Below, piece after piece: positions 50,886 to 60,267 of a DNA stretch of 64,000 bases (its first letter is position 1; each line of letters starts with the position of its first letter). This stretch comes from an uncultured Verrucomicrobiae bacterium (lineage in GTDB: Bacteria; Verrucomicrobiota; Verrucomicrobiia; Limisphaerales; JAFGQR01): NCBI GenBank assembly GCA_963788655.1, contig CAWBHS010000076.1, positions 1 through 64,000 on the forward strand, in the 5' to 3' direction. Below the pieces are notes generated by a model. That model made no database searches, was not told where the DNA came from, and saw only the letters and a list, made by a program, of their open reading frames with translations. Both the position numbers and the translations under genes were made by a program.

Positions 50886-52610
50886 GTGACCCTACCGTCA
50901 CTGGTTCGTTATCTCCAGAAACTGCCAAAGCAGACCCGCTCGGTTCTGTTGACGTGCATCTATGGACTGGGGGCCGGGATCTCGACGGTGGCCTTTCTCC
51001 TGTGTACCAACGCCGTGTATGGAGCTGGTTTGCAAGAGCTTTCGCGGCACTCGAAGACCACGTTCGTCGTGGGCAGTTTCGCGGTCATCATGGCGTCGTC
51101 GCTGCTGGTGGGCTACCTGCTGAACTCGTTTTGCCGGGAAGCAGCCGGGAGCGGCATTCCGCAGCTCAAGCTGGCGTTCTGGAAGGAGTTCGGGACGGTG
51201 TCGTGGCGCGTGGCCTGGGTCAAATTTATCGCCGGGGTGGTCAGCATTGGCGGCGGAATCAGCCTCGGACGGGAAGGACCCAGCGTGCAAATGGCCGGCG
51301 CGGTCAGCTCGAACCTGGCCGGATTGGCGGGCGAGCCAAAACAACATCGTCGTGCCGCCGCCGCCGCCGGGGCCGCCGCGGGTTTGGCGGCGGCGTTCAA
51401 CACGCCCCTGGCGGCGATTACGTTCGTGTTGGAGGAAATCATCGGTGATTTGAACAGCCGTTTCCTGGGCAGTGTGCTGCTGGCGTCCATTTTGGGCGCA
51501 TTCGTCGTCCACGGCGTCATTGGCAAGCAGCCCGCGTTCACCCTGGTTGACACCGCCAATCCCACGCTGGTGGGATTTATTCTGACCCCGCTGGTCGCGG
51601 TATTGGCAAGTTTGGTGGGCGTGTATTTTCAGAAGTTTTCCGTGGGCCTGCTGGGCCGGATGAAACGCCAAAAAAAGGTGCCCTTGTGGCTGCTGCCCGC
51701 GGTCGGCGGGCTGATCACGTGGGCGCTGGGCGTCAGTGTTTTCCTGAGCACCGATCATCTGGGCGTGTTTGGTTTGGGTTACGGGGATCTCTCCAGTGCG
51801 CTGCAAGGCAATGTGGTTTGGAAATATGCCGCCCTTTTGCTCGTGGCGAAATTTGTGGCCACGTTCTGCTGTTACGGCTTTGCCGGGTGCGGTGGCATTT
51901 TTTCGCCGACGCTGTTCTTCGGCGGCATGGTGGGCGTGGTGGTGGCCGGCATCGCCGGGATGCAATGGCACATCCCCCAGGACGACATGGTCATGTTGGC
52001 GGTCGTGGGCATGAGCACCTGCCTCGGCGCGGTGGTCCGGGCGCCGATGACCGGCATCCTGATTGTCTTCGAGATGACGCACAATTGGAGTCTGGTTCCG
52101 GCGTTGATGTTCGGCGCTCTAATCAGTCAAGCCATCAGCCACCGAATGACGGGGAAGAACTTCTACGAGGCGCTCCTCGAACAAGACGGTCACGAAGTCG
52201 AGCATGTGCGTCCGCCGCGCGACCTGCACTCCTGGCAACAACTCCCGGTGTCGGCCATTGCCAATTTCAAACCGGTGCTGATCCAGGATTTGGCCGAGGG
52301 CGAAGTGCAAAACATGCTGAGCGCCCACCCTTACAAACGGTTTCCCGTGATCATTGAAAAATCGTTCCGCGGCATCCTGACCCGGACCGAGGCGCAGGAA
52401 GCCCTCCAGGAGAAACGCCCGCCGCAACTGGCCAAGCCGGCCGTCTGCCTGCCCCATCACACCATTCGCGATCTCCAGTTCATTTTGATGGAGTCACCGG
52501 TCGCGATGGCCGCCCTGCTGGACCGGGCGGATGGAAACATCCTGGGACTGGTCACGCTGCACGATTTGTTGCGCGCCCAGGTGTCGCTGAGTGAACAAGA
52601 GGAGCTGTGA
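50886..52610 (+). CDS. ClC-family H+/Cl- antiporter with C-terminal CBS region
   Basis: GSGIP, GREGP (gating Glu), FVLEEI (proton Glu), GGIFSP, NFYEALL. GTG 50886 preferred as start. Confidence 0.92.
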   Translation: MTLPSLVRYLQKLPKQTRSVLLTCIYGLGAGISTVAFLLCTNAVYGAGLQELSRHSKTTFVVGSFAVIMASSLLVGYLLNSFCREAAGSGIPQLKLAFWKEFGTVSWRVAWVKFIAGVVSIGGGISLGREGPSVQMAGAVSSNLAGLAGEPKQHRRAAAAAGAAAGLAAAFNTPLAAITFVLEEIIGDLNSRFLGSVLLASILGAFVVHGVIGKQPAFTLVDTANPTLVGFILTPLVAVLASLVGVYFQKFSVGLLGRMKRQKKVPLWLLPAVGGLITWALGVSVFLSTDHLGVFGLGYGDLSSALQGNVVWKYAALLLVAKFVATFCCYGFAGCGGIFSPTLFFGGMVGVVVAGIAGMQWHIPQDDMVMLAVVGMSTCLGAVVRAPMTGILIVFEMTHNWSLVPALMFGALISQAISHRMTGKNFYEALLEQDGHEVEHVRPPRDLHSWQQLPVSAIANFKPVLIQDLAEGEVQNMLSAHPYKRFPVIIEKSFRGILTRTEAQEALQEKRPPQLAKPAVCLPHHTIRDLQFILMESPVAMAALLDRADGNILGLVTLHDLLRAQVSLSEQEEL

Positions 52611-52615
52611 GGGAG

Positions 52616-53002
52616 GGATGCTGGATGCTGGATGCTGGATGCCGGATGCCGGATGCTGGATGCTGGATGCCGGATGCCGGATGCCGGATGCCGGATGCCG
52701 GATGCTGGATGCCGGATGCTGGATGCTGGATGCTGGATGCTGGATGCTGGATCCATGCGGATGCTGGATGCTGGATGCTGGATGCTGGATGCTGGATGCT
52801 GGATGCTGGATGCTGGATGCTGGATGCGGATGCTGGATGCTGGATGCTGGATGCTGGATGCTGGATGCCTGGATGCTGGATGCTGGATGCTGGATGCTGG
52901 ATGCGGATGCGGATGCCGGATGCCGGATGCCGGATGCTGGATGCGGATGCGGATGCCGGATGCCGGATGCCGGATGCCGATGCCCGATGCCAGATGCTGG
53001 AT
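52616..53002 (+). repeat. Long heptamer tandem array (GGATGCY)n, about 55 units
   Basis: GGATGCT/GGATGCC units with occasional 6-mer GGATGC; begins 5 nt after the ClC stop codon. Confidence 0.97.
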
Positions 53003-53121
53003 TCGGGGTGGCTAGAGCGAATGAAGGCGCCGGGCGTTTGAATGACGGGCGACGATCAGTGGTTCACCGTTGAGGCGCGGCGATGGTTGAATCGCCGGGT
53101 TAACTTTGGCAACAATACACG

Positions 53122-53187
53122 ATGATGATATTGATGATTAAACTACTCCTGGCGGTGGCCTTCGGGTTGGTGCTGCTGGCGTTGTAA
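53122..53187 (+). CDS. Candidate 21-aa hydrophobic small protein
   Basis: MMILMIKLLLAVAFGLVLLAL*; its TAA overlaps the next ATG (TAATG). Confidence 0.4.
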   Translation: MMILMIKLLLAVAFGLVLLAL

Positions 53188-53573
53188 TGAAGCGGTTTGC
53201 TTATTGGCGGGACGGATTGTTTCTGGCCAGTTGCGCGGGCTACGCGCTCAACCGCTGGGGGCTGAAGCCGCTGTTGGCGACACCGTTTTTGCACTCGTAT
53301 TTCAACGATCTGCTGCTCATTCCCTGCGCGCTACCGCCCTTGCTTTGGCTGCACCGAAAGCTCGGACTGCGCCTCCACGACCTGCCGCCGACCCCGGCGG
53401 AAATCCTGGGACACCTCGGGCTGTGGTCCGTGATCTGCGAACTCCTGGGACCGCACATTTATTCGCGGGCCACCGGTGACTGGCACGACGTGCTGGCGTA
53501 CGCCACCGGGGCGGTGCTGGCCGCGCTGTGGTGGCACCGGCAACGTCCCGGCCTGCGCCTTTGCTCCGCATGA
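53187..53573 (+). CDS. Hypothetical membrane protein (VanZ-like)
   Basis: YALNRW..FLHSYFNDLL.IP..ELLGP..TGDWHDVLAYATG; several TM segments. Confidence 0.7.
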   Translation: MKRFAYWRDGLFLASCAGYALNRWGLKPLLATPFLHSYFNDLLLIPCALPPLLWLHRKLGLRLHDLPPTPAEILGHLGLWSVICELLGPHIYSRATGDWHDVLAYATGAVLAALWWHRQRPGLRLCSA

Positions 53574-54214
53574 GTTTTGATCGACTGGCCCCGCATTACC
53601 GGTGGATGGAGCAGGTCTTCGCCGGTCAGCAACTCCAGCGTTGTCGCACGGCATTCCTGAACCAGATCCCATCCTGCCGGCAAGTGCTGGTGGCCGGCGA
53701 AGGCAATGGCCGTTTTCTGGCCGCCTGCCGCCGCCGACTGCCGGAGGCCCGCATTACTTGCGTGGATGGCAGCCGGAAAATGCTGGCGCTGGCCCAGGAG
53801 CGGCTGCGCCGACAGGAATTGCCAATCGCGCACGTCGAGTTCATTCAGGCAGACATTCGACAGTGGCCGGCGCCGACGGCCACGTTCGATCTGGTGGTGA
53901 CGCATTTCTTCCTCGATTGCTTCCCCGCACAGCAGGTGGCCGAGATTGTGGTCCGCCTGGCGCGCGCCACCCAACCGGGCGCCCATTGGCTGGTGGCGGA
54001 TTTCTGCGTGCCCGAACAGGGTTGGAAACGGCTGCGCGCCCGGGCGGTGGTCGGAGGCCTATACGGCTTCTTCCGCTTAACCACCGGCCTGGCGGCCCGG
54101 CAATTGACGCCGCCGGATCCGTGGTTGGATCAGGCCGGCTTTCAGTTGCGCCAACGGAACCCTTACGACTGGGGGCTGCTGCAGTCGGATTGGTGGACCA
54201 GGCGGGAAAGATGA
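53570..54214 (+). CDS. Class I SAM-dependent methyltransferase
   Basis: MSFDRLAPHY, VLVAGEGNGRFL, VDGSRKML, FDLVVTHFFLD; ATGA overlap with the upstream gene. Confidence 0.88.
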   Translation: MSFDRLAPHYRWMEQVFAGQQLQRCRTAFLNQIPSCRQVLVAGEGNGRFLAACRRRLPEARITCVDGSRKMLALAQERLRRQELPIAHVEFIQADIRQWPAPTATFDLVVTHFFLDCFPAQQVAEIVVRLARATQPGAHWLVADFCVPEQGWKRLRARAVVGGLYGFFRLTTGLAARQLTPPDPWLDQAGFQLRQRNPYDWGLLQSDWWTRRER

Positions 54215-54296
54215 TAAAAGGGGATTTGCGGCGTCGGCATCTTCTAGCCAGAATGGGGCGCGACGCCGCGGGCGCGGCCGGACCACTGGTTACGAT

Positions 54297-55283
54297 ATGT
54301 TGCTCGAAGTAACGCTGCTCATCATGGGGCTTCTCCTGATCATCAAGGGAGGCGACCTCTTTGTTTCGTCCGCGGTGCGCATCGCCGAGTTCACCCGGAT
54401 GCCCCGGGTGGTCATCGGCTCCACGCTGGTGAGTCTGGCCACCACCACGCCGGAGTTGGTGGTGTCGGTGATGGCCGGGGCCAAAGGCGAGTCCGGCCTG
54501 GCGGTGGGCAACGCGGTCGGTTCCTGCATCTGCAACATCGGATTGATCCTCGGCATCACCGCCACGCTCAAGCACGTGGACGTGCATCTCCGGGTGCTGC
54601 GCCCGTCCTTGGTGGCCATGTTTGGCTTGGGAGGGTTGCTATTTTTGATGACGCTCAACCTCCAGTTGTCCCGGCTGCAAGGCACGATGTTGCTGGCGGG
54701 AGGATTGGGTTACTTTGCGTATGACTTCATGCAACATGCCCGGGATCGCAAGCCCCGCGACTTGGCCGAAGCGCGAGCCATCGAGCAGGACGTGGTGGTT
54801 CGATTTCCGTGGTTTCTGTCGCCGGCCGGTACGGCGGTGCAATTCGCCGCCGGGGCAGGCATCGTGGTGTTTGGCAGCCGGTTGCTGGTGGATTCGGCCG
54901 TGAGCCTGGCGGCTTTCCTCGGCATTCCCTCGATCATTCTCGGATTAACCGTCGTGGCCATGGGCACATCGTTGCCTGAATTGGTCACCGCGGTCACTTC
55001 CAGCCGCAAATCCGTTTCCGACCTGGCGGTCGGCAACATCTTGGGCGCCAATATCGCGAATCTGTCGATCGTCATTGGCACCGCCGCCGCCATGCACGAG
55101 GTCGGCCTGAACCGCCTGACGCAGGTGTTTAACTTTCCCGCGCTGCTTCTCATGATGGCAGTCTTTTTGTGGATGCTGATTACCGATCGACGGGTCACGC
55201 GGAAGGAAGGCATGGTCTTGTTGACGCTGTATGGCCTTTACCTGGGCACGTTGGTCACGCTGACGTTGATGGGGATTCGTTAG
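54297..55283 (+). CDS. Calcium/sodium antiporter (YrbG/CaCA family)
   Basis: Two alpha repeats: LATTTPEL..GNAVGSCICN and MGTSLPEL..GNILGANIAN. Confidence 0.92.
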   Translation: MLLEVTLLIMGLLLIIKGGDLFVSSAVRIAEFTRMPRVVIGSTLVSLATTTPELVVSVMAGAKGESGLAVGNAVGSCICNIGLILGITATLKHVDVHLRVLRPSLVAMFGLGGLLFLMTLNLQLSRLQGTMLLAGGLGYFAYDFMQHARDRKPRDLAEARAIEQDVVVRFPWFLSPAGTAVQFAAGAGIVVFGSRLLVDSAVSLAAFLGIPSIILGLTVVAMGTSLPELVTAVTSSRKSVSDLAVGNILGANIANLSIVIGTAAAMHEVGLNRLTQVFNFPALLLMMAVFLWMLITDRRVTRKEGMVLLTLYGLYLGTLVTLTLMGIR

Positions 55284-55291
55284 GGGAGGCG

Positions 55292-55347
55292 GGATGCCAG
55301 ATGCCGGATACGGGATGGCCGGTAGGACAGTGCGTCTCGCCTGTCCC
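55292..55347 (+). repeat. Short GGATGCY-like array followed by a single family C REP
   Basis: ggatgccagatgccggatacgggatggccg, then gtaggacagtgcgtctcgcctgtccc. Confidence 0.65.
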
Positions 55348-55499
55348 GAATTTCCAAAGCGCGTTCGTGTTACCGGGAAGACTCAATGGACGGTTAACTG
55401 TCCATGCGCTGGAAAGTCATGGCAATGCCCCCCCAACGAAGGCCCAAGTTCGCCCTCCATTCAGCGGGCCTTGGAGCTTGGGCCTTCTCTGGTCATTGG

Positions 55500-55838
55500 T
55501 CATTGATCCTTGGTCATTTTCTCGTCGTCTTCAGCAAAGGGCCGACGTTGGCATCGGCGGGCATACCAGCCAAGCACACAAAAAACCAAAATCGCCACCA
55601 CCGGCAACGTCAGCCGTAACGCTTCGTTGCCCACCGGAGCCACCGTGGGTTGCTCCATTGGGGAGGCGGGTTCGGTATTGGTGTTCATCGGCACGAAGGC
55701 CGCATCAGAAGTTGGAGTGCCCACCTGGGCTTGAGCCAACCAAGGCGGGGTCATTTTGGAGCGTGCGGCCATGCTGGTCATAGCGACCGTCTCCAGAAGA
55801 ACCACCAGCAAAATCAAGTTACGCCAGGTCAGTTGCAT
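55500..55838 (-). CDS. Small hypothetical protein with a signal-like N-terminus and C-terminal TM + basic tail
   Basis: MQLTWRNLILLVVLL...P/T-rich linker...LTLPVVAILVFCVLGWYARRCQRR. Confidence 0.5.
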   Translation of the reverse strand: MQLTWRNLILLVVLLETVAMTSMAARSKMTPPWLAQAQVGTPTSDAAFVPMNTNTEPASPMEQPTVAPVGNEALRLTLPVVAILVFCVLGWYARRCQRRPFAEDDEKMTKDQ

Positions 55839-56016
55839 CGTTGCTATCTCGCCGCCATTAAGGCTAGAACCCGTCCGTTTTGTAATCAAGGCAACTCTGT
55901 CACCCAATCGTAACCCAATCGACAACCAGCCGTTTCCGGCGACTGGCAGGTTTGGCTTGGATAAATTGAAAAGTAAGTAACCGAACCTCAGGCCAATCCG
56001 GGCCTGAACCAGTAAT

Positions 56017-56529
56017 ATGACGACAACAAAAATGGATCAAGCCAATGGACGGGCCGTTCCGATGCCGGACTTGACGCGATTCCTGAGCGAGCGGGAACTG
56101 CTCGAGCTCTGCCTGGAATCCGTTTCGGCACTGCACCTGACGACCGGGGAAATGGAACGGCTTAAGATGGGTGAATTTCGGCCGCAAATGCTGCTGACTC
56201 TGCTGGCTTTTGCCTACACCAAACGGCGGTATGCCTCGGAAGACATTGAATGGGCCGCGGTCCACGACCGCACCATTCGCTATATTTGCGCCCACACCCA
56301 ACCGGACTACAAAACGATTCGCCACTTCCGCAAACTGCATCGGGCCTTGATTGAACAGTGCCTCCGCTACGTCTTCGAACACGGATGGCGGCGGGCATTT
56401 GGTCCGGTGAAAACGGACTTCACGTTCTACCAATGGTGGGATTCCTGCCTCGAGCGGCAAGCCCGGGCGGTCGCCGGCGAACGACTTGAATTGGCAATCA
56501 TTGCGGACACCGCAGCCGCCGAATGGTGA
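56017..56529 (+). CDS. Stand-alone DUF772 (IS1182/IS5 transposase N-terminal domain) protein lacking a DDE domain
   Basis: FRPQMLLTLLAFAY..YASEDIE..DRTIRYIC..QPDYKTIRHFRK; 170 aa with a clean stop. Confidence 0.75.
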   Translation: MTTTKMDQANGRAVPMPDLTRFLSERELLELCLESVSALHLTTGEMERLKMGEFRPQMLLTLLAFAYTKRRYASEDIEWAAVHDRTIRYICAHTQPDYKTIRHFRKLHRALIEQCLRYVFEHGWRRAFGPVKTDFTFYQWWDSCLERQARAVAGERLELAIIADTAAAEW

Positions 56530-56539
56530 ATGGCACGAT

Positions 56540-58150
56540 TCAATCCAGCCCATATTTTTCGAGCCAGCTTTGCGGCAAGGTTCCAAAACTGAGCAGCCAG
56601 TCATTGAACCGCTGCAAGCTCCAGCCGCGTCCAACCACCAATCGCTCGTGCAGGCGGGCATTTTCAAGTCGCCCCAACCAATAGCTCATGGGCACGCCGG
56701 GCTTGGCGGTGTACCAGTTCACGTCCGCTTCGGCGCGAGCCTGGGTGAAACCCAGCGCTCGCTGCAAATGCTGCACCGCCTGGGCGTGACTGTAGCGTCC
56801 GGTCTGGAGACGCAGATCCACGAGAATGCGATGACACCGCCACAGGGCATCGTGGAGTTGCTGCAAGCGCAACGCCGGGGAACGTTCCACCTTGAGGTCC
56901 ACCGTCATCTGCTCGCACCAAAGCGTCCAGCCTTCGTAAAACACCGCATGCGCAAATAACCGCCGCCAGCGGCGCGGATGCCGGTTGGCGGTGACGAATT
57001 GCAAATGGTGCCCCGGGTAAGCCTCGTGCGCGCAGGTGAGCGGCAGCCCGAAGTGTTGTTGTTGCTCGGCCAGTTTGTCGGCGGCTGACGTTTTGATGAG
57101 GCTCAAATCGTTCACCCAAAAAATGCCGCGCTGCTTCTTTTCGAAGGCCCCCGGCGAACTGTAAGCCGCCGTCGGAATGAGCGCGCGCAGGAAATCCGGC
57201 ACGGGCCGCACGTCCAGTTGGTCGCCACGGGGAAAGGTCACCGCGCGGGCCTTTCGAAACGCCGCGGCGATGTGCCTGGTTTGTTCCTGATACAGTTCCA
57301 ACAACGGTTTACCTGGACGCCATTGCGAACGCGCTTCAGCTATCACCTCTTCGGGGGTGCCGCGGCGGCCTTGCGCAGCACAAGCCCGCTGTAAGAGCGC
57401 GCCCACCCGCTGCGCTTCCGCCAACGCCAATGCTTCGACCTGGCCGAGTGTGTAATCCAGTCCCAATTCATCGCGGACCCTTCGCTGCAAAATCGCAGCG
57501 CCCACGGCGAAGGATTTGGCCGGCGCCACGCGACGTTGGCTGACGCGGTCACGGTAACGTTCCAGCGCCGTTCGGGTCGATTTCAGCGCGGAAGCATCGC
57601 TGGGTTGCGCTTGGATCCGCTTCAGCAGCACACCCACCGCTGCGAGCAAGGTTCCCGCACCGGCTACGGTTTGTTGCATCACTTTCCGCCAGACGGCTTC
57701 CGGCTGGTTGATGAGCCGGGCGGCGTCGCCCAGAAAACGCGGCGCCTCGCGTAGCAGCGACCGAAGATTGCGCGCGGCTCGCTTGGGCTCGTCGTCGGCT
57801 CGTTGAAGTTCATGCAGGAGGATGTTGAACAGTTGCTCCGGCGCATCGGGTTCGAGCGTGTAGCGACTGCGGGCAAAGTCTTCGCATTCCTGCAACAGCA
57901 GACTTCGCCACGCGAGGCGATCCAATTGTTGTTCGCGAGTCAATTCGCGCGGGTTCAGTCCGTCCAACGCGCGCAACGCCGCCTGGCGCTGGGATTCACG
58001 TTGCTTGACATAAGCCAACGTGGCTTGGCCGAGTTGGCCCTCGCCCGACTTGAGTCCGGCGAACGTGGCCATCGTAGGTTCCTCGGTCAGCAACGTTTCA
58101 AAGTACCGGTCCAGGAGACCTTCGAACTGCGTTGAGGCGTTCTTCTGCAT
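56540..58150 (-). CDS. DUF885-family protein (putative metallopeptidase)
   Basis: AHEAYPGHHLQ, FYEGWTLWCE, WRCHRILVDL, PMSYWLG, FNDWLLSFG. Confidence 0.88.
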   Translation of the reverse strand: MQKNASTQFEGLLDRYFETLLTEEPTMATFAGLKSGEGQLGQATLAYVKQRESQRQAALRALDGLNPRELTREQQLDRLAWRSLLLQECEDFARSRYTLEPDAPEQLFNILLHELQRADDEPKRAARNLRSLLREAPRFLGDAARLINQPEAVWRKVMQQTVAGAGTLLAAVGVLLKRIQAQPSDASALKSTRTALERYRDRVSQRRVAPAKSFAVGAAILQRRVRDELGLDYTLGQVEALALAEAQRVGALLQRACAAQGRRGTPEEVIAEARSQWRPGKPLLELYQEQTRHIAAAFRKARAVTFPRGDQLDVRPVPDFLRALIPTAAYSSPGAFEKKQRGIFWVNDLSLIKTSAADKLAEQQQHFGLPLTCAHEAYPGHHLQFVTANRHPRRWRRLFAHAVFYEGWTLWCEQMTVDLKVERSPALRLQQLHDALWRCHRILVDLRLQTGRYSHAQAVQHLQRALGFTQARAEADVNWYTAKPGVPMSYWLGRLENARLHERLVVGRGWSLQRFNDWLLSFGTLPQSWLEKYGLD

Positions 58151-58398
58151 GCGGCCATCCAGCCACAAATGACCGGGCGACGCACGCGCCAAGTGACGAG
58201 GGCCGCGGGGGCAACTCGCAAAAAACGGTCAACGTTAGCCAACGCAAGTTTTGCCGCATTGACGGGGCAACTTCTAATGAGTAAACGAGTTTTCGAGCAG
58301 GCCCGGCCGAAGGGCCGGTGGCCCGTACGCGGCCCGCAAGTCCAACGGCGGACAGCGCCTGCCGAGAACGGGCCGACAACCTTAACCGTGTTCGAATC

Positions 58399-59121
58399 AT
58401 GGCTGATACACAAAACGCAACCAACGCTCAAACCGCCGCCGGCACTGCGCCGGCGCAACGTCCTCTCGATTTGCTGCTGCTCGGCGCCCCCGGCTCCGGC
58501 AAAGGCACGCAAGCCTCCGTGCTGGTCAAAGCACTGGAGATCCCACACATCGCCACCGGCGACTTGTTCCGCGAGAATCTGAAGAACAACACTGAGCTGG
58601 GCAAACTGGCCAAGTCATACATGGACCAAGGTCAGTTGGTGCCGGATGAAGTGACCGCCCGGATGATGGAAGACCGGTTGTCCCGGCCCGACGTGGCCAA
58701 GGGATTCATTCTCGACGGTTTTCCCCGCAACTTGGCTCAGGCAGCGGATTTGGAGAAGATTCTGACCAAGTTGAACCGGAGCATTCTGGCGGTGTTTTAC
58801 ATCCAGGCATCCGACGACCTGATCATTTCCCGGCTGAGTTCCCGGCTGATTTGCCGCCAGTGCCAGACGCCCTACAATTTGAAGACCATGAAGCCCAAAC
58901 AGGAAGGCATCTGCGACAAGTGCGGCGGTGAATTGTATCAGCGCGACGACGACAAACCAGAAACCGTGTCGGCCCGGCTGAAGGTCTATCACACACAGAC
59001 CGCGCCGTTGATCGAGCATTACACCCAGGCCGGGTTGCTCCACGAGTTAAAGGCCGAGGCCGGCTTGGAAAACGCCAACCGCCAGGTCCTCGAAGTCATC
59101 AAGCAACGGACCGCGAAGTAA
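58399..59121 (+). CDS. adk: Adenylate kinase with zinc-binding LID
   Basis: LLGAPGSGKGTQA, HIATGDLFR, ILDGFPR, CRQC..CDKC, QRDDD. Confidence 0.96.
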   Translation: MADTQNATNAQTAAGTAPAQRPLDLLLLGAPGSGKGTQASVLVKALEIPHIATGDLFRENLKNNTELGKLAKSYMDQGQLVPDEVTARMMEDRLSRPDVAKGFILDGFPRNLAQAADLEKILTKLNRSILAVFYIQASDDLIISRLSSRLICRQCQTPYNLKTMKPKQEGICDKCGGELYQRDDDKPETVSARLKVYHTQTAPLIEHYTQAGLLHELKAEAGLENANRQVLEVIKQRTAK

Positions 59122-59494
59122 CGCAACGGGCTGCCGGCATCCTGCCGGAAGTTTGGAACGGGAGCCGCGATTAATGGCCAATGACCCATGCTCAATGGCA
59201 AGAGAATGAGCAACATCCAATGATCAGGCACCTATTGGCAGACTGCGAGCCGTCCAAGGCTTGACTACTGGGCATTCTTTGCGACTTGGCCATTGTCCGC
59301 TGGACGACTGGTCAATACCGAAGACGCAATCCGGGCAAACTCGAACGTCGCACATGCTCGGTTATCCATGCTGTATTCATTGCCCCAACCGTGAACTCCA
59401 CGGATATCTATAAGGCGAAAACGTTGCGCGCGATTATCCGATTAACATCCGCAACTGGCCTGCCAAGAGTCTTCCAGGGAAAATGTAAGGAATC

Positions 59495-59806
59495 TCAGTC
59501 GTATGCTTTGCGTCGTCGTGCCAGTTCCTTTTCCGTATCGCGCGCCCCGTGGATTACGCCCAACACCACGACGGTTTGCCCGCTGATGTAATAAAATATT
59601 CCGTAAGGAAACTTCGGCAAATTGACGCGTCGAATGTCGAGGAATCGCACGGAGTAAAAGGATGCATCATCACTCAGATGCCGGAACAAGCCGTTTGCTT
59701 CCAACTCAAGCTGTAAACCAACGCCCGGCTCTTGGCGTTCGTACCAAGCGGAGGCTTCAGCGAGATCAATTGGTACGAGCGGGTGAAAGTCGAGCCTGTA
59801 CCTCAC
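59495..59806 (-). CDS. RelE/ParE-family toxin
   Basis: VRYRLDFHPLVPIDL.EA..WYE..IRRVNLPKFPYGIFY..VVVLGVIHGARD; GTG 59806 preferred as start. Confidence 0.88.
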   Translation of the reverse strand: MRYRLDFHPLVPIDLAEASAWYERQEPGVGLQLELEANGLFRHLSDDASFYSVRFLDIRRVNLPKFPYGIFYYISGQTVVVLGVIHGARDTEKELARRRKAYD

Positions 59807-60041
59807 GACGGATGTCCTCAAAGAAATGGTCCAATTCCTCTTCGTTCGTGACCCGGATGAAGCGTTCCGGGTGCTCGAAATATTCCTGGCGGCGGCGCAA
59901 CAATTCGTCCTTCTGCGCCTCCATTATCTCCCCGCTTTCGGTAAACAACTCGTAGCGATGTTCATCCAGCCAGAGCAGCAGCCGGCGGCGTTCTTCCGGT
60001 GGCATTTCGCGGATGGCGGATTCAACTTGCTCGATGTTCAT
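59766..60041 (-). CDS. Putative antitoxin (addiction-module component)
   Basis: 91-aa charged protein MNIEQVESAIREMPPEERRRLLLWL..AQKDELLRRRQEY, upstream of and overlapping the toxin. Confidence 0.8.
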   Translation of the reverse strand: MNIEQVESAIREMPPEERRRLLLWLDEHRYELFTESGEIMEAQKDELLRRRQEYFEHPERFIRVTNEEELDHFFEDIRREVQARLSPARTN

Positions 60042-60267
60042 GCGGGGAAGATTACGCAGGTGCTCCTTATTTGCGAATGAAAATATTGAAGCCGTTGCGC
60101 CGTTCACAGTGGATTCAGCCCGCGCGAGTCAGGCGGTACATTTTTAGGTTTTCAGCAGTTGCGGGATAACCACAGATTTACCGTTCAAATTCCGATCAGC
60201 GTTTTGCGCATACGCCGCCGGCATGATGAAGATTGTCACGACGCCGCAACGGCGGTAACACAACGCC

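Noticed and set aside
52616..53002. Possible CRISPR array
   Set aside because: 7-bp tandem units with no unique spacers and no cas genes nearby.
52457..53073. ORFs reading MLDAGCW / HPASSIQ repeats
   Set aside because: These are translations of the heptamer DNA array, which is stop-free in most frames; there is no sign of a real protein.
55900..56667. Complete IS element around the DUF772 gene
   Set aside because: No DDE domain, terminal inverted repeats or target duplication are visible.
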